IMG/VR virus record: IMGVR_UViG_3300017726_001890
Span: 1-25,843 of that record
Source: a virus
Taxonomy: Duplodnaviria; Caudoviricetes
Direction: 5' to 3' (one strand)
Length of the DNA: 25,843 nt
The notes beneath the pieces were generated by a model. The model searched no databases. It saw only the letters and a list, made by a program, of their open reading frames with translations, and was not told the origin of the DNA. Every line of letters begins with the position of its first letter. Position 1 is the first letter of the stretch. The position numbers and the translations under genes are program-made. This document shows positions 14,213 through 24,852 of this stretch, one piece after another.

Positions 14213-17200
14213 AGTTATCTATTAAATTTGTTATTATATCAACGCCGTCTCTCATCGGATGCATGAAAACCGCTGCTGCCGCAGTTTGGTCATTGAACAA
14301 TCCAAGTGCGGTCATAATCGTTTCTGTTGACCGCATAAGATCATCAACGTCCTCAATCTTATGAAGATTCTTAACAGCGTAGGCTGCCTTTGGGATTGCA
14401 GAGAATGCAGTCCCTTGCGGCTGTGTTTCACCCAAAAGTGCCAGAACCGCGTTTTGCACCTCTTCACCTAAAACCGGAACCCCATACATCCAATCGGTTA
14501 GAACAGACGCGATAATTTTTTTCATTCGCCAATGTTTCGGGTCGAAGATTTCATCATCCTCATCATCTCTGAGATCGCGCCATGAATTTCGTATGATGGC
14601 AGCTATTAATGCGTTCGCAACGATAGCGAACATCGTCGCCCTCCCCATCTCTTTAGACCAAACTCCATTTTGCAATTTAGCCTGAATCATAAGCGAAATA
14701 TTCTTTCGTGCTTCACTGCCGAATACCCACGAGATTTTTGCTAATGGATTAACCGTAGTGTTTTCAATTATCGAACGTGCGCCTGATCTTGTGGGTTGTG
14801 CTAATCGATCCGTTACCCGCTCGGCCTCGTTTAACGCAAACGCCTCCGCTTCGCCCCTCTCTAATCCTCTTTCCAAGGCTTTTTGTAGGCGATGATCATA
14901 AACAATTGCAAAAGTTCCCGCAGTGAAAAGCGCATCAGCACCACCGATTAACTTTCCAACTTTTTGTGCATTAAATTTAACTTTCGTTGGCTTGCTTTTG
15001 CCTAAATCATTCATCAACTCACGAACCATCACTGGCTGCTCTCTTAGTCGCCGTTTGATGTAGTCTGAATTCATTGCAACTCCCCAACCGAGTTGACCAG
15101 CGAACAGCTTGAATAAGCGAGTATTATATTGATACGATGACATCACAACATTCCCGGCAGCAAGCTGAGTCACCTGAATTGCAATTGTTCCGAGCCTGCC
15201 CCATAGGGCCATGATCGCAAAGTTTCCACCCACTTCGCGTATAAACTTATTGAAGCCTAAATGAACGCCTGCCGCTCGCACCCCGCCCTCGGTAAACATG
15301 GTAGTCCACTCCACTATCGTGTTGATTGACTCCTGACCGGCCTTTGCAGAAATTGCATTTCTAACCTTTCTGTTGCCAAGAACCGCATTCGCCTCCTGTG
15401 AAAATTCAGAGAAGGCCAACCAGTGTTCCATCTGACGCTTGTGTGAGAAGTATTTTTCAAGACCGTTTTGGAAGTCAGGTTCCGCAATAAAACCACCTCT
15501 TGTTCTTAATGCACCAGGAGTATTGTTTCTGGACAACTGCATTCCGGTTGTAGGATCGGTATTATCTCCCTCACTTGACTGAATAGGGATTACAGAAATC
15601 GGAGCGTAGAACTTGTTCTTCGGCATATCTACCCCGTTCTGTTTCCTGTAGAGCTTATTCAACCTGTCGTATTCCTGCGAATATCTGCTCTGCAAGAAAG
15701 ATAAAATCATCCTACCGGTATCACTCAAACCCTTTTCGATTTGTTTTACGAACTCTTCGCCGTAATGCCAATCGCCGTTAGGTTTGCCAGTCTCCTCATC
15801 CTTGTGGCCCTCCATGTGCCGCCGCCCGTCCTCTTGATCCCATGTCAGAAGAATGTCAACAGCATCCAATTCAGAGTAAATTCCTTCGTCAGTTTCTATT
15901 GTTGGCTCATCCAACTTGGTCAAAATTTTAGCTGACTTCACATCATCAGATTCGATGTTCTCTTTAACATAGGCTTCGAAGTCATCGTAGATGGCTTGCA
16001 TTGCGTCCGTTAAATCGTTTTCGGCTTTTCTCTGCCCATCAGCAAGATAGATCGCTATTTCCGAATCTTCTCCGAATAGGTAAGAAACAACAAAGTCCCA
16101 AGGCTGAAATCCTAGAATCCCTTTTCGTTTGCCTTTCACCTCATTCTTTTTCTTCTTGCGCGACTTCGCTGAACTATCGGCATTGGTTGAATCTATTGCC
16201 TCACCACGCAATGCTTCATACCGCTCTCGTTTTTCAGCTTCACTCTCAAGCGCATTGATCCATGCACCGTTGTAGAGATCGTTGAGCATCTTAACAGCGT
16301 CATGCCGTTGCGTAGCGTCTCGATCTCTCCAACCGGCGAAGGCCCGGTAGATTTCAGCCAGCAGACCAGCTCGGACACTGTCCTCCATTAGTTGCTGTTT
16401 TTTTTCCTCGCTCAACGTATCGAAATTAATTTCCTCAATACTAGCAATGTCGATCTCTGCTTTTTGTGCCTCTGCTTCCCCCTGCTCCAATGTAAGCAAA
16501 TTCCTAGCCTCTTTCGCAGCGTCTACCAGTGTATAGAAACTTTGACCCAGACGGCCTTTATACTTCTTGCCAGCTTCGGTAACTTTAGTTTTTTGTATCC
16601 TCGCCAGTATTCCATTTTTCGGATCATCGAGAGCGGCATCAGCTTCTTTATACAAATAGTATTCCAGTTCTTGGTCAGCACGTTTCACGCGCCGCTCGAT
16701 CTCCTTCAACATTGCCTCTGGCGATGATCTCTTTGCGATGGCAGTGACACCACCGACCTTCCCCCGGATCTCCATCGGCAGCGAGCTGACAACAGCGTCG
16801 AGCATTCGCAGTGCGCCTAATAAAGTTTTCTTATCGCTGCCAACGGTCTTCTTTTCCTTGAGCAGTTCTGCTTTCCTTGCCTGCCCAGCTTCCCTCGCTT
16901 CCCTCGACATCCCAGCCACCTCGCGTCTCGCCGCAGCAGCAGCTTCCTTCTGATCATTAAAACTCTTAATCTCCGAATCTAGAGCAGAGAAGAATTCTGC
17001 TACGTCATCGAAGCCAGCAATTTTTGCTGCCTGATCCGGGGACAGATTCCCGCCAAACACATAAGATGGCAAACCTTCAGGCATATCATTGTATTCAGCA
17101 GTGCTTCTCCCCTCTGCCTTAGCGCGAGTCTTGCCCATGATCGAACCACCAGGCATCCTCACCTGTATGCCGTCCTTCCTAGTGATAGTCCGGTAAGTTG

Positions 17201-20200
17201 TCAGTTCTGCTAGAATAGGACGTTGAGCCGTATCATCAAGACTGTCGCTGAGTTCCAGTGCGCCAACAGTCGCGGGAGATATCCCCTCCAGTAGCTCTGA
17301 CAGTTTCTCTTCCTCAACTTTCCGGGCTGCTTCGTTGATTTCTTTGGGAGTCCGGTTTGCCTCAAATACGGGACGAAATTTAGCATACAGGTCTAGGATC
17401 TTCTTGTGCGCTCTCGCCCCAACCTCATGCCTCAGAACCGGTGATCGCTGGAACGGCGAGAACATATCCGCGATACGTTCCTCTGCGTTTTCGATGACGG
17501 AGAAGGAAAGTTGCTTCCCTGATTCTCTCGTTTCCGATCCAGGCATTACCTTCAATGTGGTCGAAGACATACCAGAAGTTGGAAAAAGGTTTTTTCGCGC
17601 CTTTTCAAACGACTTCGTATATGGCTTTTTAGTCTTTGGATCAATCAGTTCCACATCCCCGAAACCAGAAGTTTCATGCCCAACCACCTTTTGCCAGTCA
17701 AACGCCTCTTTCATCGTATGAAGAACCACTTTGCTTTCACGGTTCTTCGGAACAATTGCGAACGGGTAGCTTTCATGGTGATCTGATTCAATCGCCTCTA
17801 CCTCTCCCTGCGCCTCAATCACTGCATAGATCATCCCGTTTTGATTGCCTTCTTGGAAATCCCGAAGGAACGGCTCGGTCAATAGGTTACCTAATCCCTG
17901 AGTCAAATTCGCCACACTAAGTTCGCCTTTTGCCAATGTTGCAGCAGCATACGGATTGTGATCCCCGTGGAGTTTGTCTGCCACAAACCGCGCTTGCTTC
18001 ATAATCTTCGGATCAGCTTTTGCCTTTGCAGTTCCAATCTCGTCAGTCAGTTGCTTGATCAGGGATTGAACGAACGCTTTGCGAACAGCAAAGACGGCAT
18101 TTTCTGGATCTAGCAGACCGTCCATCCTATCGATGTTTGCCGCCAGTCCGTCCTTAACCGCTAACGGGTTGTCTCTAAATTTGTTTACCTTCCCCTTATC
18201 GTCAGTTATGGACACCTTGCTCGCCTTAACGATCATGCTGTTAAGTTTCGACTTCGTCACTCCAGTTTTTCTTGGTTGATCCGCAAGTGCCTCAAAGAAT
18301 CGGACAACTCCCCGCGACATTGTCGTAGAAGAAAACAATTTGCCAACCGGAGCCGAAACCAACCCCATGAGAATTCGACCTCCGTTCTTCCTTCCAATTT
18401 CGTTTAGGTGGTTGGCTGTTTTTTCAGCAACTGCTTGGGTGGATGCCCAAAAGTAGTTTAGATCAGCAAAAAGTGCCGGATAAAACACTCCCCCTTTCCC
18501 TTCCAACTCCTGCCCGTCTTCAAATATTACCTTGCCGGAAAACGCATTGTCAGGAGCGTGAAGAAGAATGTTCTGTCCTACGAAATTATCAATGGACTGG
18601 TCAGGCTTGATCTTGCCTTCTTTCAGAAGATCGTCAAACCGATCATCGTTCCGAAGGTATTCTGTGCTTTGAATAACAGAAAAACCAACCTCGTCCCTGC
18701 TCTGGTCGAACCTCTGGCTGAGAGGGATCACGTTGCCGTCTGCGTCACGGGTGATGGGGTCTGCGGATTTGATTTGGTTGGGTTTTCTGGCAACATATGT
18801 ATTTCCTCCAGCCTCGGCATCCTCATAGATGATTGCGTCGTAGCCGCCCTTCTCCATAAACTCATCCAATCGCGAAGCATCTCCTCCAGCAAGAAAGGCG
18901 AGAACCTGAGTATCTCTAAGAGAGTCGCCGTCATATTCGACAAACCACCCCTCCATTTCTTCAATCAGCTTATCGGGGTTTTCTTCCACCCAATCATTAA
19001 ACTCAGTTTTGCCACCAGAAAATTCATGTTCAAGTTGAAGCCTATCAATACTTGCTATATTAGTTTCATATAAAATATCTATGAGCCTATCGACACCGAA
19101 AAAATTAATTAAGTCACTAAACTCTGGTGCTTTCGATGACCTAAAATCAAGTGGGTTTTTGTAATTCAGATAGACTTTTGTTACGACAGGGTTTCGGCTA
19201 GGGTCGAACGCCCTCACTTTCTTTAACAAATCAGACGTAGAAATATCCAAGTCACCGGGGCCGCCTGCTATGGCATACCTTAATCCTACTCTAGCTGAAT
19301 CGCTAAAGTAGGCTACACCAAGGCTTCCACGCATAGGCCCGTCTGGGGAAAACTTTTCGATGGTGGAATTACCTCCATGCGATAGAACCGGGGAAGTAAT
19401 TCCCGCAGCCTTAGCTGCCTCATCCACCATACGCTGCTGTGTCTCAACGTCACCGGACTCGACTGCTGCCATATACTCAGCGTCTTGCTGCATGGTAATA
19501 ACAGAAAACGGAGCATCATCCGTAGGCTCAACCTTGCTTTCTTCCACCTCCAGTTCTACCCCACCCTCTTCTAGCTCCGTTTTAAATTTCTCCGCTTCAG
19601 TCAGGACATCCCCCTCATACTGAGCCTGATCACTCATGCCGACTGATCTCGCCAGTTCCTGTTCCAACTCCGCATCAAGTTTACCTTCCCGGCGAAGTTT
19701 GTTTAGTTTCGCGGCCCTCCTCCACACTGAGCGGAAGAATTGAGCATAGGACTCCATTGTCGAACCCAGACCTGACCGCATCATGTCGGCAGCGAGCTTG
19801 CGGAAGTTACCTTTCTCCGCTCCTCCAAACACTTCACCCTTCCTGGTCTTGCCGACAAAGTAGGATTGCACCAAAGCAGAGAATGCTTCCTTGATGTCTC
19901 CGGTGGTGAGATCCTCGTCGGCCTTACCTGTAAGAAACACGCTATCGCCTGAAACCCGCTCGTATCCGCGAATTTTAGAAATCAACCAGTCGCGTTTACC
20001 ATTCTCTAAAAGCAACGCAGCATCGCCTTCACTTTTTTCCTCGATGACTGTCAAAGGGGAAGAATCCCGATACAGAGTTGAGACTGTCTTTTTGGTTTTA
20101 CCGGCAAAGTCACTTACGTTTTTACCTAAGATTATGGCATTGGCTAAACGATCATCGTCGCTCATCGCTTCCAAATCAGCAGATGTTTGCGCGATCTTGT

Positions 20201-22418
20201 ATTCCGTTTCGAGATCGGCTTGAACACCCTGCTCTCCCTGCTGGCGAGCGATACCTATACGATTTAACGCTGCCTCTCGCGTGACCACGCCTTCCTCGAC
20301 CTCTTGAAGCAGCGTCCTCCTGTCCGGCGAGAAAACAAACTGAATCTCGCGCCCTTCATCTAAGTCCCTCTGCACCTGAGAAATAATCGCTCTGGTATCT
20401 TCATGCATCGAGATGTATTTATCTCGGAGATGCTTTTCTTGCGCCGCCTCCAATTCTCCGAATGTCTCGAAATCCAAACGACTACCGTCTTCAAAATTTA
20501 AAGCCCAACCGTTTTGGGTTTTCGTCGTGCTTGGAATGAAACCAAGTTCCTCGCCCTCCTCAATTGCCTCTTTCCTCTTATCAATTTCTTTTTTTTGCAG
20601 TTTCAGCGCATCAGCTAACCTAGTCTCAGGAGTCTTAGTTTTTTTGCCTTCCTCACGCTTTAATCCTTTGCGGAGTATCGCTTGCGCCTCATCCAGCTTG
20701 CCTTCCTTTTGCAACGCATCGACCTCAAGAGCTTCGGCCTCAGTCAACCCGGACGCGACCATAACGTCAGTGCTGAACATCAACCCTCTGTTGAGCGCAT
20801 AGTCGCGCCACGATCCTACCCCTGCACCGATAAGGTTCATCAGAATGATAGTTGGAATCAATTCTTCTAAGTTTTCTTCTGACGTAAAAACACTAAGTTT
20901 TTCCTCCCAATTGACACCAGGAACATCTTTACTTAATGCCGCTGCCAGCGACTGGACTAGCCAAGGAGTCATCTCTTGCCCAAATTCCTGACCAGTTTCC
21001 AGCAGCGTTCCTGCTGCAATACGCGCCGCTACGTTGCCTGCCATCCCCTTCTTTGTGATGGTATTTCTTTTTAAGAATTCACCAAGGAAAGGCGTTTTAC
21101 CCTGAATGACTTTGAATGGAATATAGTTGAGCAAGTGCTGCCCTATTCCTGAAATCACGCCCAACCGGTTAGCAGTTGTGGCAGACATTTCAGGATTGTC
21201 ACGCAGCATATCCATTGCTGACCGACTTTGGAATGTCTTATAATTCACCACTCTTCCCGCCGGGGTTGCCATCATCAGCATATCTGGAAGAGACGAGGAA
21301 ATTCCAAGCAAACCTCTAGATACAAAATTATTACCCTTGGCTGGATCGATGACCTGTGTCTTTAAATTATTTACGTCAAACGCCAACCGAATAAATTTTT
21401 TCTCCTCACGCAAACGATTCAGCGTAGTCTGAACCATTGGAGACAATGCATCAAACTCCTCAGTTCCCGGCATCGGAACCTTTGCATCGAGTTGCTCCTC
21501 AGTAATATATCTTTCACGAATAAACGGAGCTACCTCAAATCCAAGTTCCGGTGGAAATTCTTCAACTTGAACAAGGTTTGCCATAGCCAACTTCTCGGCA
21601 CGTTCGATGTCCTGTAATCGCCTCGCAAAGTCAACATCATCGAGCATCAAGCCAATGCTTCGACCGAAACGCTCGGACATTGCCTGAAAAATGTTTTTAT
21701 CCTCACCCTCCCCAGCAGCTTCTCCGATTGCTGCGAGAACGCTCATGCGTTTATCTTCGTCAACCTCCATTATCATTCTGACGAAATCCTCATCCTCAAA
21801 GTCACCCATGTCACCGTCCGTGACACCCATGTGATCTGTGAGCATTTGCGCTGCTGTCTGAATTAGTGGACGATACTCACCTAAGTCAGCAGACGATGCA
21901 TCAAAGTTATCATCGTAGAATTTCAGAATCCTATCCTTGCTGCCCTGAAAGACTGGGTCATCCTTGTTTTCGTCCAAAAACTTTGCCCTAGAAGTCACCG
22001 AATCTGTCGTAGATAGTGCGCTTCTTTGTGCAGCAGCAGCAGCTTTTTCTTCCAACTGAAAATTTTCCCGGACTCGATTGAAGAAATCAGTTTCTGATTC
22101 GATAGCCTCACCAAAATACTTTTCAGAGTATGCTTCTTGTAACTCACGTTGTTGTAATAAAACTTTATCTAACGTCAAACCAGTCGCGTTTGATAGTAGT
22201 TCGGCATTAAAATATCCTAGTTTTTCTTCAGGATTAAGTCGAGTAATCTGATCAATTCTAGCATTGTCTTCCTGTGAAAGACCGTGTTGAGGATCAGTGA
22301 AGTATGAGCGTATCTGAGATTGCCTCTTATTTTGCTGCTCAATCGCTTGACGAGTTATCTTCTTAACCTCATCAGGAGTTATCTGATTCGCGTTTCCCTG
22401 TTGCAGTGGTTCAGCCAT
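14211..22418 (-). CDS. Giant internal virion / large polyvalent protein (T7 gp16 position) with ART-like domain
   Basis: 2735 aa, between two internal-virion-like genes and the tail fibre; contains the D.EY..AVE.GD...QRMVDEAAK.AG...HG...YFS...VYL...NP...GYDAI...PNQIKSADP segment. Confidence 0.82.
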   Translation of the reverse strand: MAEPLQQGNANQITPDEVKKITRQAIEQQNKRQSQIRSYFTDPQHGLSQEDNARIDQITRLNPEEKLGYFNAELLSNATGLTLDKVLLQQRELQEAYSEKYFGEAIESETDFFNRVRENFQLEEKAAAAAQRSALSTTDSVTSRAKFLDENKDDPVFQGSKDRILKFYDDNFDASSADLGEYRPLIQTAAQMLTDHMGVTDGDMGDFEDEDFVRMIMEVDEDKRMSVLAAIGEAAGEGEDKNIFQAMSERFGRSIGLMLDDVDFARRLQDIERAEKLAMANLVQVEEFPPELGFEVAPFIRERYITEEQLDAKVPMPGTEEFDALSPMVQTTLNRLREEKKFIRLAFDVNNLKTQVIDPAKGNNFVSRGLLGISSSLPDMLMMATPAGRVVNYKTFQSRSAMDMLRDNPEMSATTANRLGVISGIGQHLLNYIPFKVIQGKTPFLGEFLKRNTITKKGMAGNVAARIAAGTLLETGQEFGQEMTPWLVQSLAAALSKDVPGVNWEEKLSVFTSEENLEELIPTIILMNLIGAGVGSWRDYALNRGLMFSTDVMVASGLTEAEALEVDALQKEGKLDEAQAILRKGLKREEGKKTKTPETRLADALKLQKKEIDKRKEAIEEGEELGFIPSTTKTQNGWALNFEDGSRLDFETFGELEAAQEKHLRDKYISMHEDTRAIISQVQRDLDEGREIQFVFSPDRRTLLQEVEEGVVTREAALNRIGIARQQGEQGVQADLETEYKIAQTSADLEAMSDDDRLANAIILGKNVSDFAGKTKKTVSTLYRDSSPLTVIEEKSEGDAALLLENGKRDWLISKIRGYERVSGDSVFLTGKADEDLTTGDIKEAFSALVQSYFVGKTRKGEVFGGAEKGNFRKLAADMMRSGLGSTMESYAQFFRSVWRRAAKLNKLRREGKLDAELEQELARSVGMSDQAQYEGDVLTEAEKFKTELEEGGVELEVEESKVEPTDDAPFSVITMQQDAEYMAAVESGDVETQQRMVDEAAKAAGITSPVLSHGGNSTIEKFSPDGPMRGSLGVAYFSDSARVGLRYAIAGGPGDLDISTSDLLKKVRAFDPSRNPVVTKVYLNYKNPLDFRSSKAPEFSDLINFFGVDRLIDILYETNIASIDRLQLEHEFSGGKTEFNDWVEENPDKLIEEMEGWFVEYDGDSLRDTQVLAFLAGGDASRLDEFMEKGGYDAIIYEDAEAGGNTYVARKPNQIKSADPITRDADGNVIPLSQRFDQSRDEVGFSVIQSTEYLRNDDRFDDLLKEGKIKPDQSIDNFVGQNILLHAPDNAFSGKVIFEDGQELEGKGGVFYPALFADLNYFWASTQAVAEKTANHLNEIGRKNGGRILMGLVSAPVGKLFSSTTMSRGVVRFFEALADQPRKTGVTKSKLNSMIVKASKVSITDDKGKVNKFRDNPLAVKDGLAANIDRMDGLLDPENAVFAVRKAFVQSLIKQLTDEIGTAKAKADPKIMKQARFVADKLHGDHNPYAAATLAKGELSVANLTQGLGNLLTEPFLRDFQEGNQNGMIYAVIEAQGEVEAIESDHHESYPFAIVPKNRESKVVLHTMKEAFDWQKVVGHETSGFGDVELIDPKTKKPYTKSFEKARKNLFPTSGMSSTTLKVMPGSETRESGKQLSFSVIENAEERIADMFSPFQRSPVLRHEVGARAHKKILDLYAKFRPVFEANRTPKEINEAARKVEEEKLSELLEGISPATVGALELSDSLDDTAQRPILAELTTYRTITRKDGIQVRMPGGSIMGKTRAKAEGRSTAEYNDMPEGLPSYVFGGNLSPDQAAKIAGFDDVAEFFSALDSEIKSFNDQKEAAAAARREVAGMSREAREAGQARKAELLKEKKTVGSDKKTLLGALRMLDAVVSSLPMEIRGKVGGVTAIAKRSSPEAMLKEIERRVKRADQELEYYLYKEADAALDDPKNGILARIQKTKVTEAGKKYKGRLGQSFYTLVDAAKEARNLLTLEQGEAEAQKAEIDIASIEEINFDTLSEEKKQQLMEDSVRAGLLAEIYRAFAGWRDRDATQRHDAVKMLNDLYNGAWINALESEAEKRERYEALRGEAIDSTNADSSAKSRKKKKNEVKGKRKGILGFQPWDFVVSYLFGEDSEIAIYLADGQRKAENDLTDAMQAIYDDFEAYVKENIESDDVKSAKILTKLDEPTIETDEGIYSELDAVDILLTWDQEDGRRHMEGHKDEETGKPNGDWHYGEEFVKQIEKGLSDTGRMILSFLQSRYSQEYDRLNKLYRKQNGVDMPKNKFYAPISVIPIQSSEGDNTDPTTGMQLSRNNTPGALRTRGGFIAEPDFQNGLEKYFSHKRQMEHWLAFSEFSQEANAVLGNRKVRNAISAKAGQESINTIVEWTTMFTEGGVRAAGVHLGFNKFIREVGGNFAIMALWGRLGTIAIQVTQLAAGNVVMSSYQYNTRLFKLFAGQLGWGVAMNSDYIKRRLREQPVMVRELMNDLGKSKPTKVKFNAQKVGKLIGGADALFTAGTFAIVYDHRLQKALERGLERGEAEAFALNEAERVTDRLAQPTRSGARSIIENTTVNPLAKISWVFGSEARKNISLMIQAKLQNGVWSKEMGRATMFAIVANALIAAIIRNSWRDLRDDEDDEIFDPKHWRMKKIIASVLTDWMYGVPVLGEEVQNAVLALLGETQPQGTAFSAIPKAAYAVKNLHKIEDVDDLMRSTETIMTALGLFNDQTAAAAVFMHPMRDGVDIITNLIDN

Positions 22419-22447
22419 TATCGAGTTTTCTCAGATGATTTATCAGA

Positions 22448-24550
22448 CTAGTTTTTTGGCCTTTTTCCTATGGGGAACAATGAATTCTCTACCTCAACAC
22501 TTTCATTGTATCCGGGGATAATCATCGTGCCATTCGTCCCATCGATCCGCAGTACCGTATCCTCTTGAGTCTCCATCTCACCGTCCGGGCCGTAGAATGT
22601 CTTCCCATCTTCATTCTGTTCGGAATCTTCAGTAGACTTGATCGGAATTGCCCTGATTAACGGTTCGCTTGCGCGAGCTACTGCTCTTTCAAGTTCATCA
22701 TCTATCATTTGCGATTGATCCGCAGATTTCTCGATAACAGCTTGAATTTGCTTTTTCTTATTTCTACCGGTCACCGTATCAATCCATTCTATAGCTTCCG
22801 GGAAGCTACGGGTTTCTCCTTCATCAATTTTTACTTCTAAAGCGTTATATAGCTTTCCTAATTCCCTATCAATCTCCTCACTCGCAATAACATCCTCGTA
22901 GACTGTTTTTTTATTCTCTCCCTTAAAAAGTAAAACTTGTTCCGCAGATAACTCGATTTTCCTAAATGTTTTGCCTTCATAGTCATCACCGACCGGCATA
23001 AATCCTTTTCTTTTCCAATCGAATAACCATTTCCTCTGTTCTCCAAAACGAAATTCCTCTGGTGCATTTTCGTCTAAAACAAATAATTGTGATCGCCCTG
23101 TCTCATTACCTTCTTCATCAAGTTCCACACCTTGTTCAATCTCATCGTATTCATATTTGAATCTTTTAATTGCTCCGTTACTGGCACGATCTTCAAGGAT
23201 TTTAAAAGCCCTCTGTTTTACTCCCGCACTCATTTCAACAGGGTTAGGATTCTCCTGCCTATCTCTTATGATTTGCATTATTTCGTCCCGTTGGGCATCA
23301 GGTAAAAAATTTGCGTCTAATGTAGCCTGAGCAAATTTAGTTTGAGCGGCAGGATCTCCAATATCTATGGTTTCGACTCTAGTTTTAAGGTCATAAAAAG
23401 TTGTTATACTTTGTTTGTATCCTTCGTCGAGAGTTGTAACTATCTGACGTTGAAGTTCAGGCGGTAGCGTTCCGAAGGCAGAGTCCTCGCGAGCGTCATC
23501 TGAGTTTCGATAACGCTCCAGAATCCCTTTGACAGTAGCAGCATCCTCTTTAGCAATCAGAGTATTAGCCATCTCTGTAAAATAACTTCTGTCTTTTGGC
23601 GTGAGATTGATTTCACCACTCTCTACACTCTCCAGTGCTTCCCTTGGATTAAGAATCACTTCGTTGTAAGTTTTGTTGAAGTTTTCCACATCCACTATCT
23701 CTTTATTGAGAGCAAGTATTTGCGCTTTGCCCTCAAGTTCTGTGAGCGTTCCTTCAGCAACCGCGGCTTGCACTAAGGGTATCGACAGCCTTAAATCGCC
23801 TTCGATCCGAAAGGTTTTAATTTTCAAATCTAACTCGTCGCGTTTTTGATCTGCAACTTTATCTTCACCTTGGCGTATCATGTGATCTGCTTCAAACTGG
23901 TGATACAATCCCATTTGCACCCCCATGTCTGCGTGTTTTTTCGCTTCAGCGATGTTGCCTTGGTCAATCGCATAATCAATGTTTGCCATGTTTGCAGACT
24001 TAGCCATTTGGACTTGCCCCTTGACGCTATCAACGCCAACAGAGATCGCCTCCCGCGTGGTGAATGCACTCATCTTAGCTGTGATCTGCTCACGCGCTTT
24101 GGGAGAGATTTCTTTATCCGAAAGGTAAGTGTTTGCGAAGTCAGTGCTGAGACTGTTCCACTTTGCCTCCCACCCTGCCGGGTTGGGATTTTGCAGTTTC
24201 CACTTATCGAAGTCACCGCGCAGCTTCATCATGGCGGTATCGGCCTCCGTGACATCGACGTAGTTTTTGGCCTCGGCCTTACGCTCCTCAATCCGAAACA
24301 TCGTTGCGCCTAAGTTCTCAAAACCGGCAGCAAGTGCCTCCATTCCTCTAGCCTGATACTGAGAAAGATCCGGTTGGGCTGGAGCTTGCGCTGCCAGTCC
24401 AAAATTACGCATATTCTGCTGGGCCTCACCAATACCAGACATGAGCGTTCCAGAATTTGTTCTGCCAAACGAAGTTGGGGCCATCGCCGGGGTCTGTGGG
24501 CTTGCGACCGGCAGTGAATCTCCTCTGTTGAATTGTGGAATAACAGCCAT
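22448..24550 (-). CDS. Internal virion protein (T7 gp15 position)
   Basis: 700 aa; MAVIP N-terminus, Q/A/G-rich then helical; synteny. Confidence 0.7.
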   Translation of the reverse strand: MAVIPQFNRGDSLPVASPQTPAMAPTSFGRTNSGTLMSGIGEAQQNMRNFGLAAQAPAQPDLSQYQARGMEALAAGFENLGATMFRIEERKAEAKNYVDVTEADTAMMKLRGDFDKWKLQNPNPAGWEAKWNSLSTDFANTYLSDKEISPKAREQITAKMSAFTTREAISVGVDSVKGQVQMAKSANMANIDYAIDQGNIAEAKKHADMGVQMGLYHQFEADHMIRQGEDKVADQKRDELDLKIKTFRIEGDLRLSIPLVQAAVAEGTLTELEGKAQILALNKEIVDVENFNKTYNEVILNPREALESVESGEINLTPKDRSYFTEMANTLIAKEDAATVKGILERYRNSDDAREDSAFGTLPPELQRQIVTTLDEGYKQSITTFYDLKTRVETIDIGDPAAQTKFAQATLDANFLPDAQRDEIMQIIRDRQENPNPVEMSAGVKQRAFKILEDRASNGAIKRFKYEYDEIEQGVELDEEGNETGRSQLFVLDENAPEEFRFGEQRKWLFDWKRKGFMPVGDDYEGKTFRKIELSAEQVLLFKGENKKTVYEDVIASEEIDRELGKLYNALEVKIDEGETRSFPEAIEWIDTVTGRNKKKQIQAVIEKSADQSQMIDDELERAVARASEPLIRAIPIKSTEDSEQNEDGKTFYGPDGEMETQEDTVLRIDGTNGTMIIPGYNESVEVENSLFPIGKRPKN

Positions 24551-24552
24551 TT

Positions 24553-24852
24553 CTATTGTGCGTCTATTTTCGTTTCTATCCGATCCAGCGTCTTTACTAT
24601 CGTCAGTTGAGATCCCTCAAGTTTTTGAATTCGCAGTTCATGGGCATGGAGACTGTCATCGACGTTCTCTAACTCAAAGTCATGCTTCTGAGTATTCTGA
24701 TTGTTGCTTTGCGCCCGGATCTCCAGAGTCGCAATCCAGCCACCAAAGAGGAATGCGATGACAACAAGCACCCGCAACCACGGCAGCATCTTGCCAAGGT
24801 TTTCTAAATTTTGCAGTTTCGTTAAGAGTTGTGCTTCAATTTCGTCGCTCAT
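24553..24852 (-). CDS. Single-TM protein with C-terminal coiled coil
   Basis: LRVLVVIAFLFGGWIA TM segment; HELRIQKLE...LDRIETKID heptads; ATGA-coupled. Confidence 0.7.
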   Translation of the reverse strand: MSDEIEAQLLTKLQNLENLGKMLPWLRVLVVIAFLFGGWIATLEIRAQSNNQNTQKHDFELENVDDSLHAHELRIQKLEGSQLTIVKTLDRIETKIDAQ

